Positions 27,910-40,269 of a stretch of 64,000 nucleotides of DNA are shown piece after piece. The position numbers were made by a program, and so were the translations under genes. The DNA lies in the NCBI RefSeq assembly GCF_004010195.1, contig NC_057718.1, positions 26,101,341 through 26,165,340 of the forward strand. Direction: 5' to 3'. This DNA is from Chiloscyllium plagiosum. Lineage: Eukaryota. Each line of letters begins with the position of its first letter. Positions within the stretch are counted from its first letter, which is position 1. Below the pieces are notes generated by a model that was not told the DNA's origin, did no database searches, and saw only the letters and a list, made by a program, of their open reading frames with translations.

Positions 27910-28124
27910 TGAAATAACTCCACGGAGGCTGGCATCCCGTCACCAAGTCACAGGAGTAGTCCTTGACTATAATACTGCCTCATACAGAGTCAGGCACCAG
28001 AGTGTCTCTGACACGCAACCTTTTTATGTCAGCCAGGGCTCCCTGACTCCCCAAACTAACAGCCCCAATCAGGGAACTCATATTCTATGAGGTTCAACTG
28101 GCTGACCTCATTACAATCATTACC
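27910..28124 (-). mobile_element. Short (about 215 bp) solo LTR
   Basis: Same family as 30738-30957 and 55030-55272 (TGAAATAACTCCAC...CAGCCCCAATCAGGGAACTCATATTCTATG...CATTACAATCA). Confidence 0.7.
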
Positions 28125-28852
28125 TCACCAGCAATCACTGGCACCCTGCATCACGGAGTGCCATTCTAGTGAAGCAGTAGGCTTGCTCCACTTGTTTCTC
28201 TCTGGCAAGAGAGGATAACATGTAGTTAGTTATCAATTAGTAACAAGCATTAGTGGCCTGCCTCATGGTGAGGGGGGCATTGCAAACATCTCCATTTTGA
28301 AGAGAGGCAGAAACATGTAAATTCACCATCAATGTCACACACTGACAATATGAGGTTGCTTTAAGATTGTAATTGGGAATGTAGCAGTTGGAAATTTTTA
28401 ATGAGGACATATTTGCTTTCAGACGTCATGCACACTGTTCCTCAGTGAGATGTGGGTAAGGGAATTGCTCCCTGAATACTCTGATCAAATATGGGTTCCT
28501 CCTGAGAGCACTTAAACACATTGCCCTTTTCTCTTCCGACCATATGTCCTAATCTCTGTGCCCTCTGCACATTATCCAAGTTATATTGTATTCCGGGGAA
28601 ATGCCTAGATATATATCCATCTATAGAGGAAATAGGTTTTTCAGAGCCCATAAAATCAGCAAAAGACTCAATGAATATTTGTCAGCTCCGATACTTTTTC
28701 CAACCTGAAGCATTTATAGTAAGCAGTAAAACAAAAACCTGCAGACTGAAGCAACAGCCAGAAGAAATTAACCAGCAGCTCATCTGTAAGAAGTCGATGA
28801 TCCCTTGAGGTGGGGTGTTATGGTGAAGTGAAGTTGGGTGGTCCTTCTTACT

Positions 28853-28985
28853 AGGCAAAAGTGAGGACGGCAGATGCTGGAGATTGGAGTCGAGAGTGTG
28901 GTGTTGAAAAAGCACAGCAGGTCAGACAGCATCCCAGGAGCGGGAAAATTGATGTTTCGAGCAAATATCCTTCATCAGGAAAGAA
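28853..28985 (-). mobile_element. Penelope-like terminal fragment
   Basis: AAAGTGAGGACGGCAGATGCTGGAGAT...CCTTCATCAGG. Near-TSD CTTC(T/A)TACT at 28844-28852 and 28986-28994. Confidence 0.8.
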
Positions 28986-29717
28986 CTTCATACTTCTGAA
29001 TATGTGTTCAGCTGTGTGAGGTTAATTGAGGTCCAAAATTGCACCATTAGTGTCAAAGCAGCATTGCATGCTAAATTACATGGTAATTTGCCTGCCCGCA
29101 AACATCTGACATTGGTTCACAGTTTGGTTACTGATGGTCTTACCAATATGATGGCCAGTGAGATCACTCTCAGAAATGTGCAATTGTATGGCAGTCATCA
29201 TTTTGGATCCTAAACGTCAACCATAGCAGCCATAAAATTGGGTGATGCTTATCTTACAGTCGAACCTCTATCAGTACTTGCTGCACATGATTCTGAGATA
29301 GGTCAAAAGGCAATGGTTGAATTTCATATTGTTTATTTCATGTGATTATTTATAGATTTCCGAAGCTCTATGCCTCGCATGGTGATGGCGTTTTCTTTAA
29401 TTAGCAACATCAATACTCCAAACTCGGAATTCAATCAGGAATACCACATTCCACAGTCATCCTGATCCAAGTATAGATTTAACTTGGTTAAAGTAGAACG
29501 CCTCTCGGCACATAACCTGCTCACAGGTTTCTGGTAATATTCTGCAATCCATGTATCTGTGATTGGCAGGTTAATACTTTCAACTCTGTCTGTATAGAGT
29601 TGCTGCTGTAAGTTTTCTCCCCAAGGCCTTCCTTTCACTAACCACGGCTAACATAAGGAAGAGTTAGTATTCCAGTGCAATGCATGCTGAAGTGACCTCT
29701 GTGGATAAGATTCTTAC

Positions 29718-29937
29718 CTGTACAGCACTAATAAAAACAATACGAGTTTCACCAGGTGAATAATGTATATTTATACAAAGGAGCTTTGACCTTTCATATA
29801 AGGTGACGCAGCTCTTGTATTGGACCAGTGAACCAATTGCACCACACCAACTTGTTAAATCACAGAGACTTGGCACTACCAGATTTGATCTTCCAGTTCT
29901 GCTGTTTGTCAATGTGGAACACATCTGATTGAATGCC
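29718..29937 (-). CDS. Candidate internal exon of an unidentified transcript (220 nt)
   Basis: Minus strand: CTGAT branch-like motif, long pyrimidine tract, CCCAG acceptor, then a CAG|GTAAGA donor. One frame is open throughout (AFNQMCSTL...VFISAVQ). I do not recognise the peptide. Confidence 0.35.
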
Positions 29938-30737
29938 CTGGGATAGGAAGTGGGAAAGGGAGAGAGATGAAATCAGCTAGTGTTCTCGCTCTTACTAATC
30001 ACGCTCTGGCAATCCTTCTTGTGAAATACATGTGCTACAGAATTAAGACAATGATTGACCTTGTGTTTTTTGAAGACTGGCACTGACAAGTCTGAAAGGA
30101 AAAGCAAAAATAAAATATTAAAACTGCCATTGCACCTTTTCTTTGGGATATGGTTTTTAATCAGTTTGTTATTTTTAAAGAGTAATCATTAGTCTTACAA
30201 AGGCAAATGCCCTTAAGGGCCAGCCAGTTGCTTGAAATACTGGAGAGCAAGTGTACATACAGCTGTAGCCTGGTGAAAATCTACGGGACAGAAAAGAAAA
30301 AAGGAAAAATGGGAGGGTTGACAGTGAAAGACAAAATGATGTGGGGTAAGATTAAATGTTGCTTGTACAGACAGGGCTCAAGGTTAACCCAGTCTGACTG
30401 AAGGATTCTGCTGATGTCTTGCATCTTGATGTTCATCTTTCATGCTGAGAAAATGCAGTCTATGTATATCCGAAGGCAATAACACAACATTGCACCTCAC
30501 AGCAGTGCGCCTTATTAGAGGTGTGTGATTTGTCAGCTGCTCATATGTTCTTACCACAGGCAGTTCTTGTTTTAACCATGTCTAAAGTCACATTTCTTTC
30601 CATCAATACGTCCAATTGTGAAAAGTTTGTTATGTTGTGATTTCCGTGTGGCGATACAAATACTGCTTCATGAACCTTGGCATCTCTGAACTCTTTTGCT
30701 TCTCAGCCTGATTAGCCTGAACATTGAATTAGACTTA

Positions 30738-30957
30738 TGTAATGATTAGATAAAGGTCATCCAGGAAGGCTTCCTGATTGGGACTGTTAACCGGATCCAA
30801 TCACAGAATCCTGGCTGACAGATATAAATAGGAGTGTCCAGGGTTCTGTTCACTTTGGGAATTGGCTCGGTGCCAGCTGGGTCAGTGTCATGCATTATGC
30901 ATGAGTAAATAAAGGGTGACTTGGTGGCAAGATACCGGCCTTTGTGGAGTTATTTCA
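30738..30957 (+). mobile_element. Short solo LTR
   Basis: TGTAATG...TATTTCA termini (TG...CA), CCAAT, TATAAATA and AATAAA in LTR order. Two reverse-oriented relatives are in the window. Confidence 0.75.
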
Positions 30958-31431
30958 ATGTAGAGCTGGTTTGTGCTGGTTTTCAGCTGTTTGTTCATGA
31001 AGTGTGGGTGAGGTAGAAATGGGAGACAATGTTCCAGGTGGTTCAAAGGAAAACACACTGACTTGTTGCTCTCTGAGAAAGGGGATGTTTTGCACAGATT
31101 TGAGGAATTGTGATTTGATAAACTTCACACAGAAGCGAGACCTTCCTAAATCTCACTTTTCTAGAACTATGAGGAAAAGAACAACTAGGAAAGAATGATT
31201 CCCATGATAGGCAACAAAAGCAAAAAAACAAAATAACTTTAATAGAATACTGCTTGGGTAGATACCAAACCTTTTGACCAATCATATACAGTCGAAAGTA
31301 AGATATGGGCATTAATGACTTCCCGACAAAACCAAATTCTCAAGCTCACCGCAGCACACTTGTACCAGTCGTGAGCATTTTTATTTACATTTTTTCAGAT
31401 CTTATACTCTCTTCATCCTTGTTACAAGATG

Positions 31432-31582
31432 TGTTATGGATTAGGCCAGACCACTCAAAACTTTCTTAAACAGGCAGCCCAGACTATAACTTTGCAATTT
31501 GTTTCAGTATGTATACAGTGAAAATTACCCAGAGTAAGTTAGCTAGGTTTTAAAACAGACAAAACTTTATTCACAAAATTAC
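31432..31582 (-). mobile_element. LTR 3'-end fragment
   Basis: Begins TGTTATGGATTAGGCCAGACC, the reverse complement of the ...TGGTCCATAACA terminus at 2651. AATAAA on the - strand. Confidence 0.5.
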
Positions 31583-32948
31583 TGGAAGTCATACCTTCAG
31601 CTATTTTGGACTCACTGTCTGGAATTACCCATCCAAAACTCAACTCCTGATTGGTGCTAAATGTAGTGTTTCATTCTTTCGTCTCTTAATTGTTTGACAT
31701 TGCTGTGGCTGAAATTTTTAACCAGGTAGGTTGTAGGTGTCGAAGTTTTCAAAAAATGTAATGTGACCGTGAATTTATCCAAGATGCTTTGCTCTACATG
31801 AAGGACAAAAGAAAAAGACATGAGGGAATTTATGAACTATTACAACAGACTGGATATTGCAGATTCCCTTGTCACTAACTATCCTTATACACTGCAAGAA
31901 CTGAATATGGAGACGTACAGAGCATTTCCATTTATGGTGCAAGCTATTTTACTACCCCTTCTATCAGACTAGACAAAATGCCTGCTGTCATGCAAGTCAG
32001 GTAATGTATGCTCCCAAAGTCAGAATTATTCATAACCATTTCTTCCAATAAGACAAGATTACAATTACATATAAAAGCAGCAATCACGGAGGACAAGGAA
32101 GCATCACAGCAGCACCTCATATTAAAATGTTGCACGCATGCACTCCCACATTAATACTAGCATGTTTGAAAATGAACATTTTGAGCCATTACTTTTTCTG
32201 CAGAAAACACAAATTGTTTTTCACAAGATTCTGTAGCCAAAAAAAATAAGCAACATGTTGAGATATTAGCACACAATGATCACAATTGACATTCCTTTCT
32301 AAGCTAGTTAGGAACTGTAGTAAGCCACGTATTCAGAAAGTTGACCCTTTCACCGAAATAATGGAGAGGGATCTTTATATAATTGCATTGAATGTTTATA
32401 TGGCAGCCTTCCACTATGTAATTTTACAGCTTTAGTGTTTTGTTCAAAAATAATAACCAGTCAACTTTCTGTCACACAAACATTTTTCCTTAGTAAAAGA
32501 TGAATTTTCTAACTGCCAAAATGCATAACAAATTTTAGAACTGGAAAATATCACATCCTCCAGTCTCTAAAGGTGATGAACGGAGAGACTGCACAGGCAA
32601 CATGTTTTCATTATCAATTCCATATCAGAGGAACTTAACAATGGTCGATGAGTTTGAAATAAAAACATACTTCATTGGTGAGGATAATGAAAAAAGGATA
32701 AGGGAAAAGGGCAGGATTAGATAGAGAAGTTCCTCCAAAATAGTTAGTACTAACACACTGAACTGAATTATTTTCTTCACAGTAATCTCAATTGTATGAA
32801 AGAAAATTCTACAGCTAGTAAGTAAAAGTACCTAAAAATAATGCCATGTGCCTCATCCCAGCTGCAGTCTAGCACTATGACAGGAGCTACCTGTGTGAGT
32901 GCTTCAAGACCCAAACAATAGTTTAGCACCTTCTGTTGCAATATTAGA

Positions 32949-33096
32949 TTGGTACACTGATGGTGCTATCACATCTCATTGTTATGATTTTGATTTGTAA
33001 TTGTTCAGGTTTCAAATTCAGGCATGTGTGTTCTAATATACTTGATTCTTTGCAGTATTTCTGACTCTCTCTTTCATTTGTGACAATTAACAATTT
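32949..33096 (+). repeat. Direct repeat copy 1 (about 150 bp)
   Basis: TTGGTACACTGATGGTGCTATCACAT...TTTCTGACTCTCTCTTTCA.TTGTGACAATTAACAATTT recurs at 34221-34367. Confidence 0.9.
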
Positions 33097-33442
33097 TCAT
33101 TGTGAAGGTGTACAGCCCTAGTGTTGAAAGGTTACTGCCACAGCATCTAATGAACAATTAGATTTTACGGTGTGCTGTGCGATGTTTACTGTCAACAGAT
33201 TACTGCCTAATGTTGTTGAATCTCTTTTCATTGTCTCAGGTTTTAATGGAGTTTGTCATTTTATGTACAATCTGCTGATTGCATCCTCTGTATGTGCATT
33301 CATATAAGCCCATAAACTTTGGCCAAAATAATAGGGAGGGAATGACACTCAAAGTTATTTATGTGAAAATGCCAGAGCAACTTCAGGTGAGAGGTGGATG
33401 TGAGGTTAAAGGGTGAGAATCCAGAAGCTGCTGCACAAAGAG

Positions 33443-33768
33443 GGAAATGATGTCCTAGTAATATTATTGCTGTACTGTTAATCCAGAAACCCAGGTAATA
33501 TTCTGGGGAGCTGGGTTGGAATCCTGCCATGGCAGATGGTGGAATTTGAATTCAATAAATAGCTGGAATTAAGAGTCTAATGATGATTATGAATTGATTG
33601 TCAGGAAAAACCCATCTGGTTCACAAATGCCCTTCCTGGAAGGAAACTACCATCCTTACCTGGTTTGGCCTACATGTGACTCCAGACACACAGCAATTAA
33701 CAATTAGGGATTGGCAATAAATTCTGGCCTAGCCAGTGATGCCCTCATCCTGTGAATGAATAAAAAAA
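33443..33768 (+). mobile_element. tRNA-derived SINE (third family) with LINE-like tail
   Basis: B-box-like GGGTTGGAATCC, tail GCAATAAATTCTGGCCTAGCCAGTGATGCCCTCATCCTGTGAATGAATAAAAAAA. The same tail occurs at about 56765-56855. Confidence 0.7.
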
Positions 33769-34220
33769 GGTGCATCACTTTGCCATTTCCTTTACAAAAA
33801 TGGAATCTTGCTCTCAGTATAACTATTGAACACCATTAAGTTTCTATACTTGTGCAGTGGGCATTAACTAAGCTATCCACAGAAAATTGGTTGATGTCCA
33901 CTTCAGTCAAAGGACACTTCTTAATGGAATATTAAGCAACAATTACTGCCAAATGTTCCCTCCGATAGAGTGAGATCCTTCGTATCCCCTTAGCCATTCA
34001 GAGTTTTAAATGAACTGTTTAATCTGAACAAGGAGATATAAAAATAATTAAATTGATATCGGATACATAAAAGAGCAATAAGAAGGAAAACCAATCATGA
34101 GAAAGATAAAAAAAAATGCAAGGAAAAAATAAAAGTTATGAATTAAAAATAATCCCCAACAACAATTGAGAGACGAAAGAATGAGACACTACATTTAGCA
34201 CCTTATTTTGCAACATGAGC

Positions 34221-34367
34221 TTGGTACACTGATGGTACTATCACATTATGTTGTTATGATTTTGATTCATAATTGTTCATGAATTATGAACAGGCATGGT
34301 TTCTAATATACCTGGTTCTTTTCAATATTTCTGACTCTCTCTTTCAGTTTGTGACAATTAACAATTT
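34221..34367 (+). repeat. Direct repeat copy 2 (about 150 bp)
   Basis: Diverged copy of 32949-33096. Confidence 0.9.
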
Positions 34368-35529
34368 ATGTATCTGATATCAATTTAATTGTTCTTATAA
34401 CTCCTTGTACAGATTAAACAGTATGTTTAAAACTCTGAATGACTGAGGTGTTCCATGTATCTCACCCTATTAATTTAAGTCCCCAATATCAATAGAACGC
34501 ACCAAATCTTCTGAACCTCACAGCATTTTGCACAACAGGATGTCTTGGAAGTTAAACAGGCAAAGACAAGTCGAAATAACAGTGAGCACTGTTTGTTGAC
34601 TGGTTGCAGGCAAATTCCAGACCATCGTGTTCTTTTGACTTTCTCTCAAAACTGGCATGATTCAACAGAGCAGCCAGACAACCCTCCCAAAACTGGAGAA
34701 AGAGAAATAAGACAGAAAAATAATTATACGATAGATTTAAAAAGAGGAAGGAAAAAGTAAAACTGGAATCTAGAGGCCTGAATAATGCTCTGATTGCAGT
34801 TTACAATCAAATGTGTTTTCCCAAATGTATGATGGGGGAATATTAGCTCTGCTATTAAGCCTGCCAGCAGGCTAAGCTTGGGAAGGTGGAACCAAGCTGA
34901 ATTAACTTCAGAGGGAGTGAGCACAAGCTGGCAGCAGGTTACAGTAATTTTCTGGAGGTTATTGACTTTGAAAAGAATAGAAAGCCGTGTCAGCCCTTCA
35001 CTTGCATTAAAAATGTGACCGGTGTGTGCTTGTTAAAAGAAGAAAAAAACTCGCACTTTATATCACTTATTTTGTGACTGCAGGCCATCGCAAAACACCT
35101 TACATTGATTGTAAGTACTTATGAAATATAATTACTGTTGTGATGCAGAAAATGTTGGGGAGCAGTACTTTTCAAGGATGCAAGCAGGCATATGCAGATC
35201 CTTATTTTCCTCTGGAAAGAAATGCAGAGTCATTGCAGCAACTCAGTCTTTCAATTCTGCATTACTTTATAAGCAGGTGTTATCCTTAAGCTTGTAGGCT
35301 GTTAAAAAAATCACTTTTATTTAGGTTTGTTCAGATTCTCTATTCATTTGCTTGCAAGTCACTGTTTGTTGCAATTTTGAGATATTCCCAAGCTGAATGA
35401 GAAATGAAAATACTATGGCAGGCCTAATGTTGTCTTCTGTGAATCACAGGATTCTGCTTACAGAGGCTTTGGTTATTTTGGCCCTACATTCTCATGTTCT
35501 TCCCTTGGGAAGTTCTTTCATCCAGATGG

Positions 35530-35922
35530 GATCCAAAACACAGAGGCAGGGACACAGGTTAATGAGTAGGACAGTTTAGGGCTGAGGTAAAGAGAAATTT
35601 GGATGTAGGTTTGCTCACTGAGCTGAAAGGTACATTTTCAGCAAGCAAACCTATGTCCAGAACCTCAATCTGAGCTACAAATCTTCTCAAAACTTGCTAA
35701 AGAGAAATATCTTCTCTCAAAAGATTGTGAATCTTTGGAAGTCTCAGATGATTGTGGATGTTTCATGATGGAATATTTTTTAAGGCTGAGAGGATTAGAT
35801 TTCTGATCTCTCAGTGAAGCAAGAGGTTTGGGGAATAGGTGGGAAGATGGAGTTGAGGTAGAAGCTCAATCATCATCATATTGAATGACTCCACCTGCTC
35901 CTATTCCTAATGTGCCTATGTT
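35530..35922 (+). mobile_element. CR1 3' fragment, interrupted by a PLE-like insertion
   Basis: GGGACACAGG...TTCTTCTCTCAAAAGATTGTGAATCTTTGGAA...CTGCTCCTATTCCTAATGT. Confidence 0.7.
35599..35697. mobile_element. Short inverted insertion, probably a third Penelope-like family
   Basis: TGGATGTAGGTTTGCT / AGCAAACCTATGTCCA inverted arms. TSD TAAAGAGAAAT at 35588-35598 and 35698-35708. Confidence 0.6.
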
Positions 35923-36279
35923 CGAAATGATCCTTGCCTTCTCACATCTATCATCATCTGCATGAGACTTTTCCAAAAGTATGGTTCCAATGTTCAGGAG
36001 ATGGGCTTCGAGTCAAGAATCGAACTTAATTGGATGGCACAGTTGTTGATCAGAATCCCCCTTATCCCAACATTGTCCAAACTAAGTTCTGGGCATGAAA
36101 GTCCAAGCTTGACCTTCTTGCCTACTGCCAATTGAGGCCCTTAATTAGTCACACAATGACCATTTAAGGGCCTCATTCCTACCTAAGGTGGAGGAGACAA
36201 GAAATCTTTGGCCTTACCCACTGATAAACCAGTGTGGACAGTTATTTGGAGGAGGGAATGGGGCTGTGGGAGGGGCATG

Positions 36280-37515
36280 CTCAATCAGCACTAACATTCA
36301 TCAAGTGGAGGTCATGCCTGACTAATCTGTTAGAATTCTTTGAGGAGGTAAAAAGCACATTAGGCAAAGGTGATATATTGCATTTCCAAAAGGCCTTTGA
36401 CAAGGTACCACACAGGAGGTTGCTAAATAAGGTGTCAGGGTCAGGGTCCTGGCATGGATAAAACACAGGCTGACTGGCAGATGGCAGAAAGTAGGGGTAA
36501 AGGATCTCTCTCAGGATGGCAAACAGTGACTAGTAGTGTTCCTTAGGGGTCTATGTTGGGACAACAACTATTCATGTTATACATTAATGATCTGGACAAA
36601 CGAACTGAGGGTATTGTTGATAGGTTTGCAGTGACACAAAGATAGGTGTAAAGACGGATTGTGTTGAGAAAATGGGGAGGCTGCAGAAGGACTTGGACAG
36701 GTTAGCGGAGTGGGCAAAGACAGAGCAGATAGAATACAATTTGGGAAAGTGTGAGGGCATGCCCTTTGGCAGGAAGAATATAGACTTGGACTATTGTCCA
36801 ATTGAAAAAGTCTTCAAAAATCAAAACAACTTGGGAGTCCTTAATGTTAACATACTGGTTCAATTGTCAGTTATGAAGGGAAATGCAATGTTAGCATTCA
36901 TTTCAAGAAGGCTAGAATACAGGAGGAGAGAAGCACTGCTGAGACTGTACAGGGCTCTGGTCAGACCACATTTGAAATTTGTGAGTAGTTCTGGGCCCTG
37001 TATCTGAGGAAGGCTGTGCTGGCCTTGGAGGGGGTCCAGAGGAGGTTTCAAAGTATGATTCCTAGAATAAAGAGCTTGTCATACAAGAACCAGTTGAGGA
37101 CTTTGGGTCTGTATATGATGGAGTTTAGAAGGATGAGGGGGGATCTGATTGAAACTTACAGGATACTGAGACCTAGACAAAGTGGATGTGGAGGTGATGT
37201 TTCCACTAGTAAGAAAGACTCGGACCCGAGGGCTCAGCCTCAGAGTGAAGGGATGACCCTTTTGAACTGAGATGACGAGGAATTTCTTCAGCCAGAGGAT
37301 AGCAAATCTGTGGAATTCATTGCCATAGAGGCCATTGGAGTTATCGAGTGTGTTTATGACAGAGATTGATAGATTCTTGATTAGTAAAGGGATCGAGGGT
37401 TAGAGGGAGAAGGCAGGAGAATGGGGTTGAGAAAAATATCAGGCATGATTGAATGGCGAGCAGACTAGATGGACTGAATGGCCTAATTCTGCTCCTATAT
37501 TTTGTGGTTTTATGG
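36280..37515 (+). mobile_element. CR1-type LINE, RT region to 3' UTR
   Basis: RSCLTNLLEFFEEV, FQKAFDKVPHRRLL, LQKDLDRL, LYRALVRPHL and RMRGDLIETYRIL in the ORF track. Confidence 0.93.
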
Positions 37516-38957
37516 TAAAATCTGTGCAAGATTGTGGAACTGGACCTGAGGCAGGGTGTGGCCAGTCAAAGCCAACCCCTTACACTCAATTCTGATACCT
37601 TTGCCCCTGTGTCTCAGCAACCCCACAAATAGCATTTACCTTTCCCTTGGGTAGTCCTCCATCCTAGGAAATTGGGTGTATTGTCCCAACCTCTGCTGTG
37701 CCTCTGCTTAGTTCTTGAGTTTTTAGTTTCTGATTGGCTGGCATGGGGCTGCACTTCCTGGTCCATGGTCTTAATTCTGATAGAAAACTCAACAGCAGTC
37801 AATCAGCTGACTGATTTCCACAAGATGTAATTGCCTTTCTCACTTAAGTTGGCTGTGGGTTTTCTTCCAGGCAACTCTCCTGCTTTGAACTTAATCCAAA
37901 AATAGAAAGATTTTGGCTCAACAGTACAACCTAACAATTTGTATTTTTTTTCCCTAACTTCACTGAAAAGGCTTGATATCTGTGCTTTTCTCTGCTCTTT
38001 AAGTAACCTAAGGGTCTTTCAGTACTAGTGTCACTATATAAATACAGGTCACTGTTGGTACCCCTCATCTTACCTTTTAAGAAATATGATTCTAGGATCC
38101 TGGAGCATTCTCAATTGAATAACTTCATCAAAATAAGTCAGTTGTTCTCTGGTTATACTAGTATCAGTATTGGATAAACTTCTATAATTTAATATAACGA
38201 ATCATTTAATACTCACCTAGAAAAACATAATCTAATAAACTAATAGAATAGTTCCCTTCTTATTTGTTCATTCAACCTAAAGAAATTCAGCTTCTTCTCC
38301 ATACCATATCAATATTGACACAAAGGAAAACTTGACTCTAATCACTGAGTATTTATTATGATAAAGTTTCTTGTAAAGTCGAGGTGTTCTCCTGTGGTTC
38401 AAGCAGAAGGGAATGATGATTATCATCTTTGGTGTGTTAAGTTCTGCGTGTGCATACTTTCATTCTGTGGAGAGGGACAAAAACATCTCTCAACAATGTT
38501 ATAAATACAACTTCGTGAAACTATTTGCCAGAATATTTGCATGTAAACCTGTTGAGATATTGCTCGGAACATCATTTGGATGGTACAGTGGCCAGGTCTA
38601 ATCTATCATTAACAATATCAGCTCTCAGTAAGTAGGCATGGGGTATGCCAACAATTAATCATATCTTGCTTCTTTCTAATTGCCGATGTTTTCCTCAAGG
38701 GTTGTTAAAACACACAGATTTATTTTCCAGTGCAATTGTATAATGACATGAATAAAAACATGTACTGTGCTAATGAAGAACAGAACAAGCTGTACTACTT
38801 AATTTAAACACAACGTGTGAAGAAAGGATTATATTCTGTTCCAAGAAAGTTCCAACTCACCATATTTTAATTTATTTTTCTCTGTAGGGAGTGTGCATAC
38901 TTCTTAGTGCTCACAAATAATGTGATATTTCAATAGAATGCATTAAAAAGCATGGGC

Positions 38958-39330
38958 AGATGACATTGAAATTGGATGAATCGTAATCTGTGAGGACAGT
39001 TTGGAACTCCAAAAGGACCTTGACAGGTTAGTGCAGTATGTGGATAGGTTGCAGATGAGGTTCAATGCAGGGAAGTGCGAGGTGATGCACTTTGGTGGGA
39101 AGAACATTAAAAGACAACATAAAATAGAGGGTCCAGTTCTAAAGGGGGTGCAGGAACAGAGACACCTGAATGTGAATGTGCACAGGTCACTAAATGTGGC
39201 AGGTCAGCTGGAGAGAACTGTTAGTAAAGCACACACTATTCTTGGCTGTATTATAAGGACATAGAGCATAAGAGCAAGGAGGTAATGTTGAGCTTGTGTA
39301 GGATATTTGTTAGGCCTCTGCTGGTCTATT
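38958..39330 (+). mobile_element. CR1-type LINE fragment
   Basis: ORF 39001..39264 LQKDLDRLVQ...QMRFNAGKCEVMHFG. Confidence 0.88.
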
Positions 39331-39332
39331 GC

Positions 39333-39700
39333 TTCAGGTTAAAAATGGGCAAGGAAACCTCCTGATTACCAGGTATTGTTCTCCCTCGGCTGATGAAGCA
39401 GTATTCCTCCATGTTCAACAACACTCGGTGGAAACATTCAGGGTGGCAAGGGTACAAAATGTACCTCGGTGGGGACTTTCAATGTCTATCATAAAGCGGC
39501 TCAACAGCAATCTGATGTTTACTGATCGAGCTGTTCGGTTCCTAAAGGATATAGCTGCTAGACTGAGTCTGTGGCAGCTCACGAGGGAACCAACAAGAGG
39601 GTAAAACATACTCAATCTCATCCTTACCAATCTGCTGGCTACAAATGCATCTGTCCATGGCAACATCGGTAAGAGTGACCACTGCACAATCCATGATATC
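39333..39700 (+). mobile_element. LINE AP-endonuclease domain fragment
   Basis: Degenerate VGDFNVH motif (GTGGGGACTTTCAATGTC), EPTRG, LDLILTN-like and SDH (AGTGACCAC) motifs. Confidence 0.75.
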
Positions 39701-39730
39701 TGTTGTTTAGAACATGTACAGTGGCTGTTA

Positions 39731-40050
39731 AGGGCAGCACAGTGGCTCAAGTGCTTAGCCATGCTGCCTCACAGCACCAGAGTCCTGGGTTCGATTCCCA
39801 CCTTTCTGTGTGGAGTTTGCACATTCTCCCTGTGTCTGCATGGGTTTCCTTCGGGTGCTCTGGTTTCCTCCCACAACCTAAAGATGTGCATTTCAGGTGA
39901 ATTGGCCATGCTAAATTGCCCATAGTGTTAGGTGTGTTAGTCAGGGGTAAATATCGGGTCGGAGAATGGGTTTGGATGGGTTTCTCTTCAGAGGGGCGGT
40001 GTGGACTTGTTGGGCTGAAGGGCCTGTTTCCACACTGTAGAGAATCCAAT
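39731..40050 (+). mobile_element. HE1-type SINE
   Basis: A-box GTGGCTCA, B-box GGGTTCGATTCC, HE1 body and tail. Confidence 0.88.
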
Positions 40051-40269
40051 CATGTAGATAAACAGGGTGCTTGGCCAATGAACCTAAGCCGCCCCAAAAG
40101 CGTGGGTCCCCATCAGCTCCATGTGCACCGCCCTGTAATAGCTCCTGGATATGCAGGCTAATGAAGTATTCCAAGGATGCCCAACAAAACTGGAATCAAT
40201 GGCTGTCGGGAGCAAACTCAAACTCTCCACAGGGTTCGGGTACGTAATTCTTTGAAATTTGAATCACTG

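Larger units (their letters stand above)
23800..29300 (+). mobile_element. Highly degenerate PIF/Harbinger-like DNA transposon remnant (Myb/SANT-like gene pieces), with nested PLEs and a solo LTR
   Basis: About 24065: KVPKFSDAD..., resembling the Myb_DNA-bind_5 N-terminus. A splice acceptor at 24676 is followed by GKVVNNPKEEK...ETGG, resembling the second exon of Harbinger Myb genes. Boundaries are poorly defined. Confidence 0.4.

Noticed and set aside
31820..31972. Short ATG ORF MREFMNYYNRLDIADSLV...
   Set aside because: About 50 codons with no recognisable homology or exon structure.
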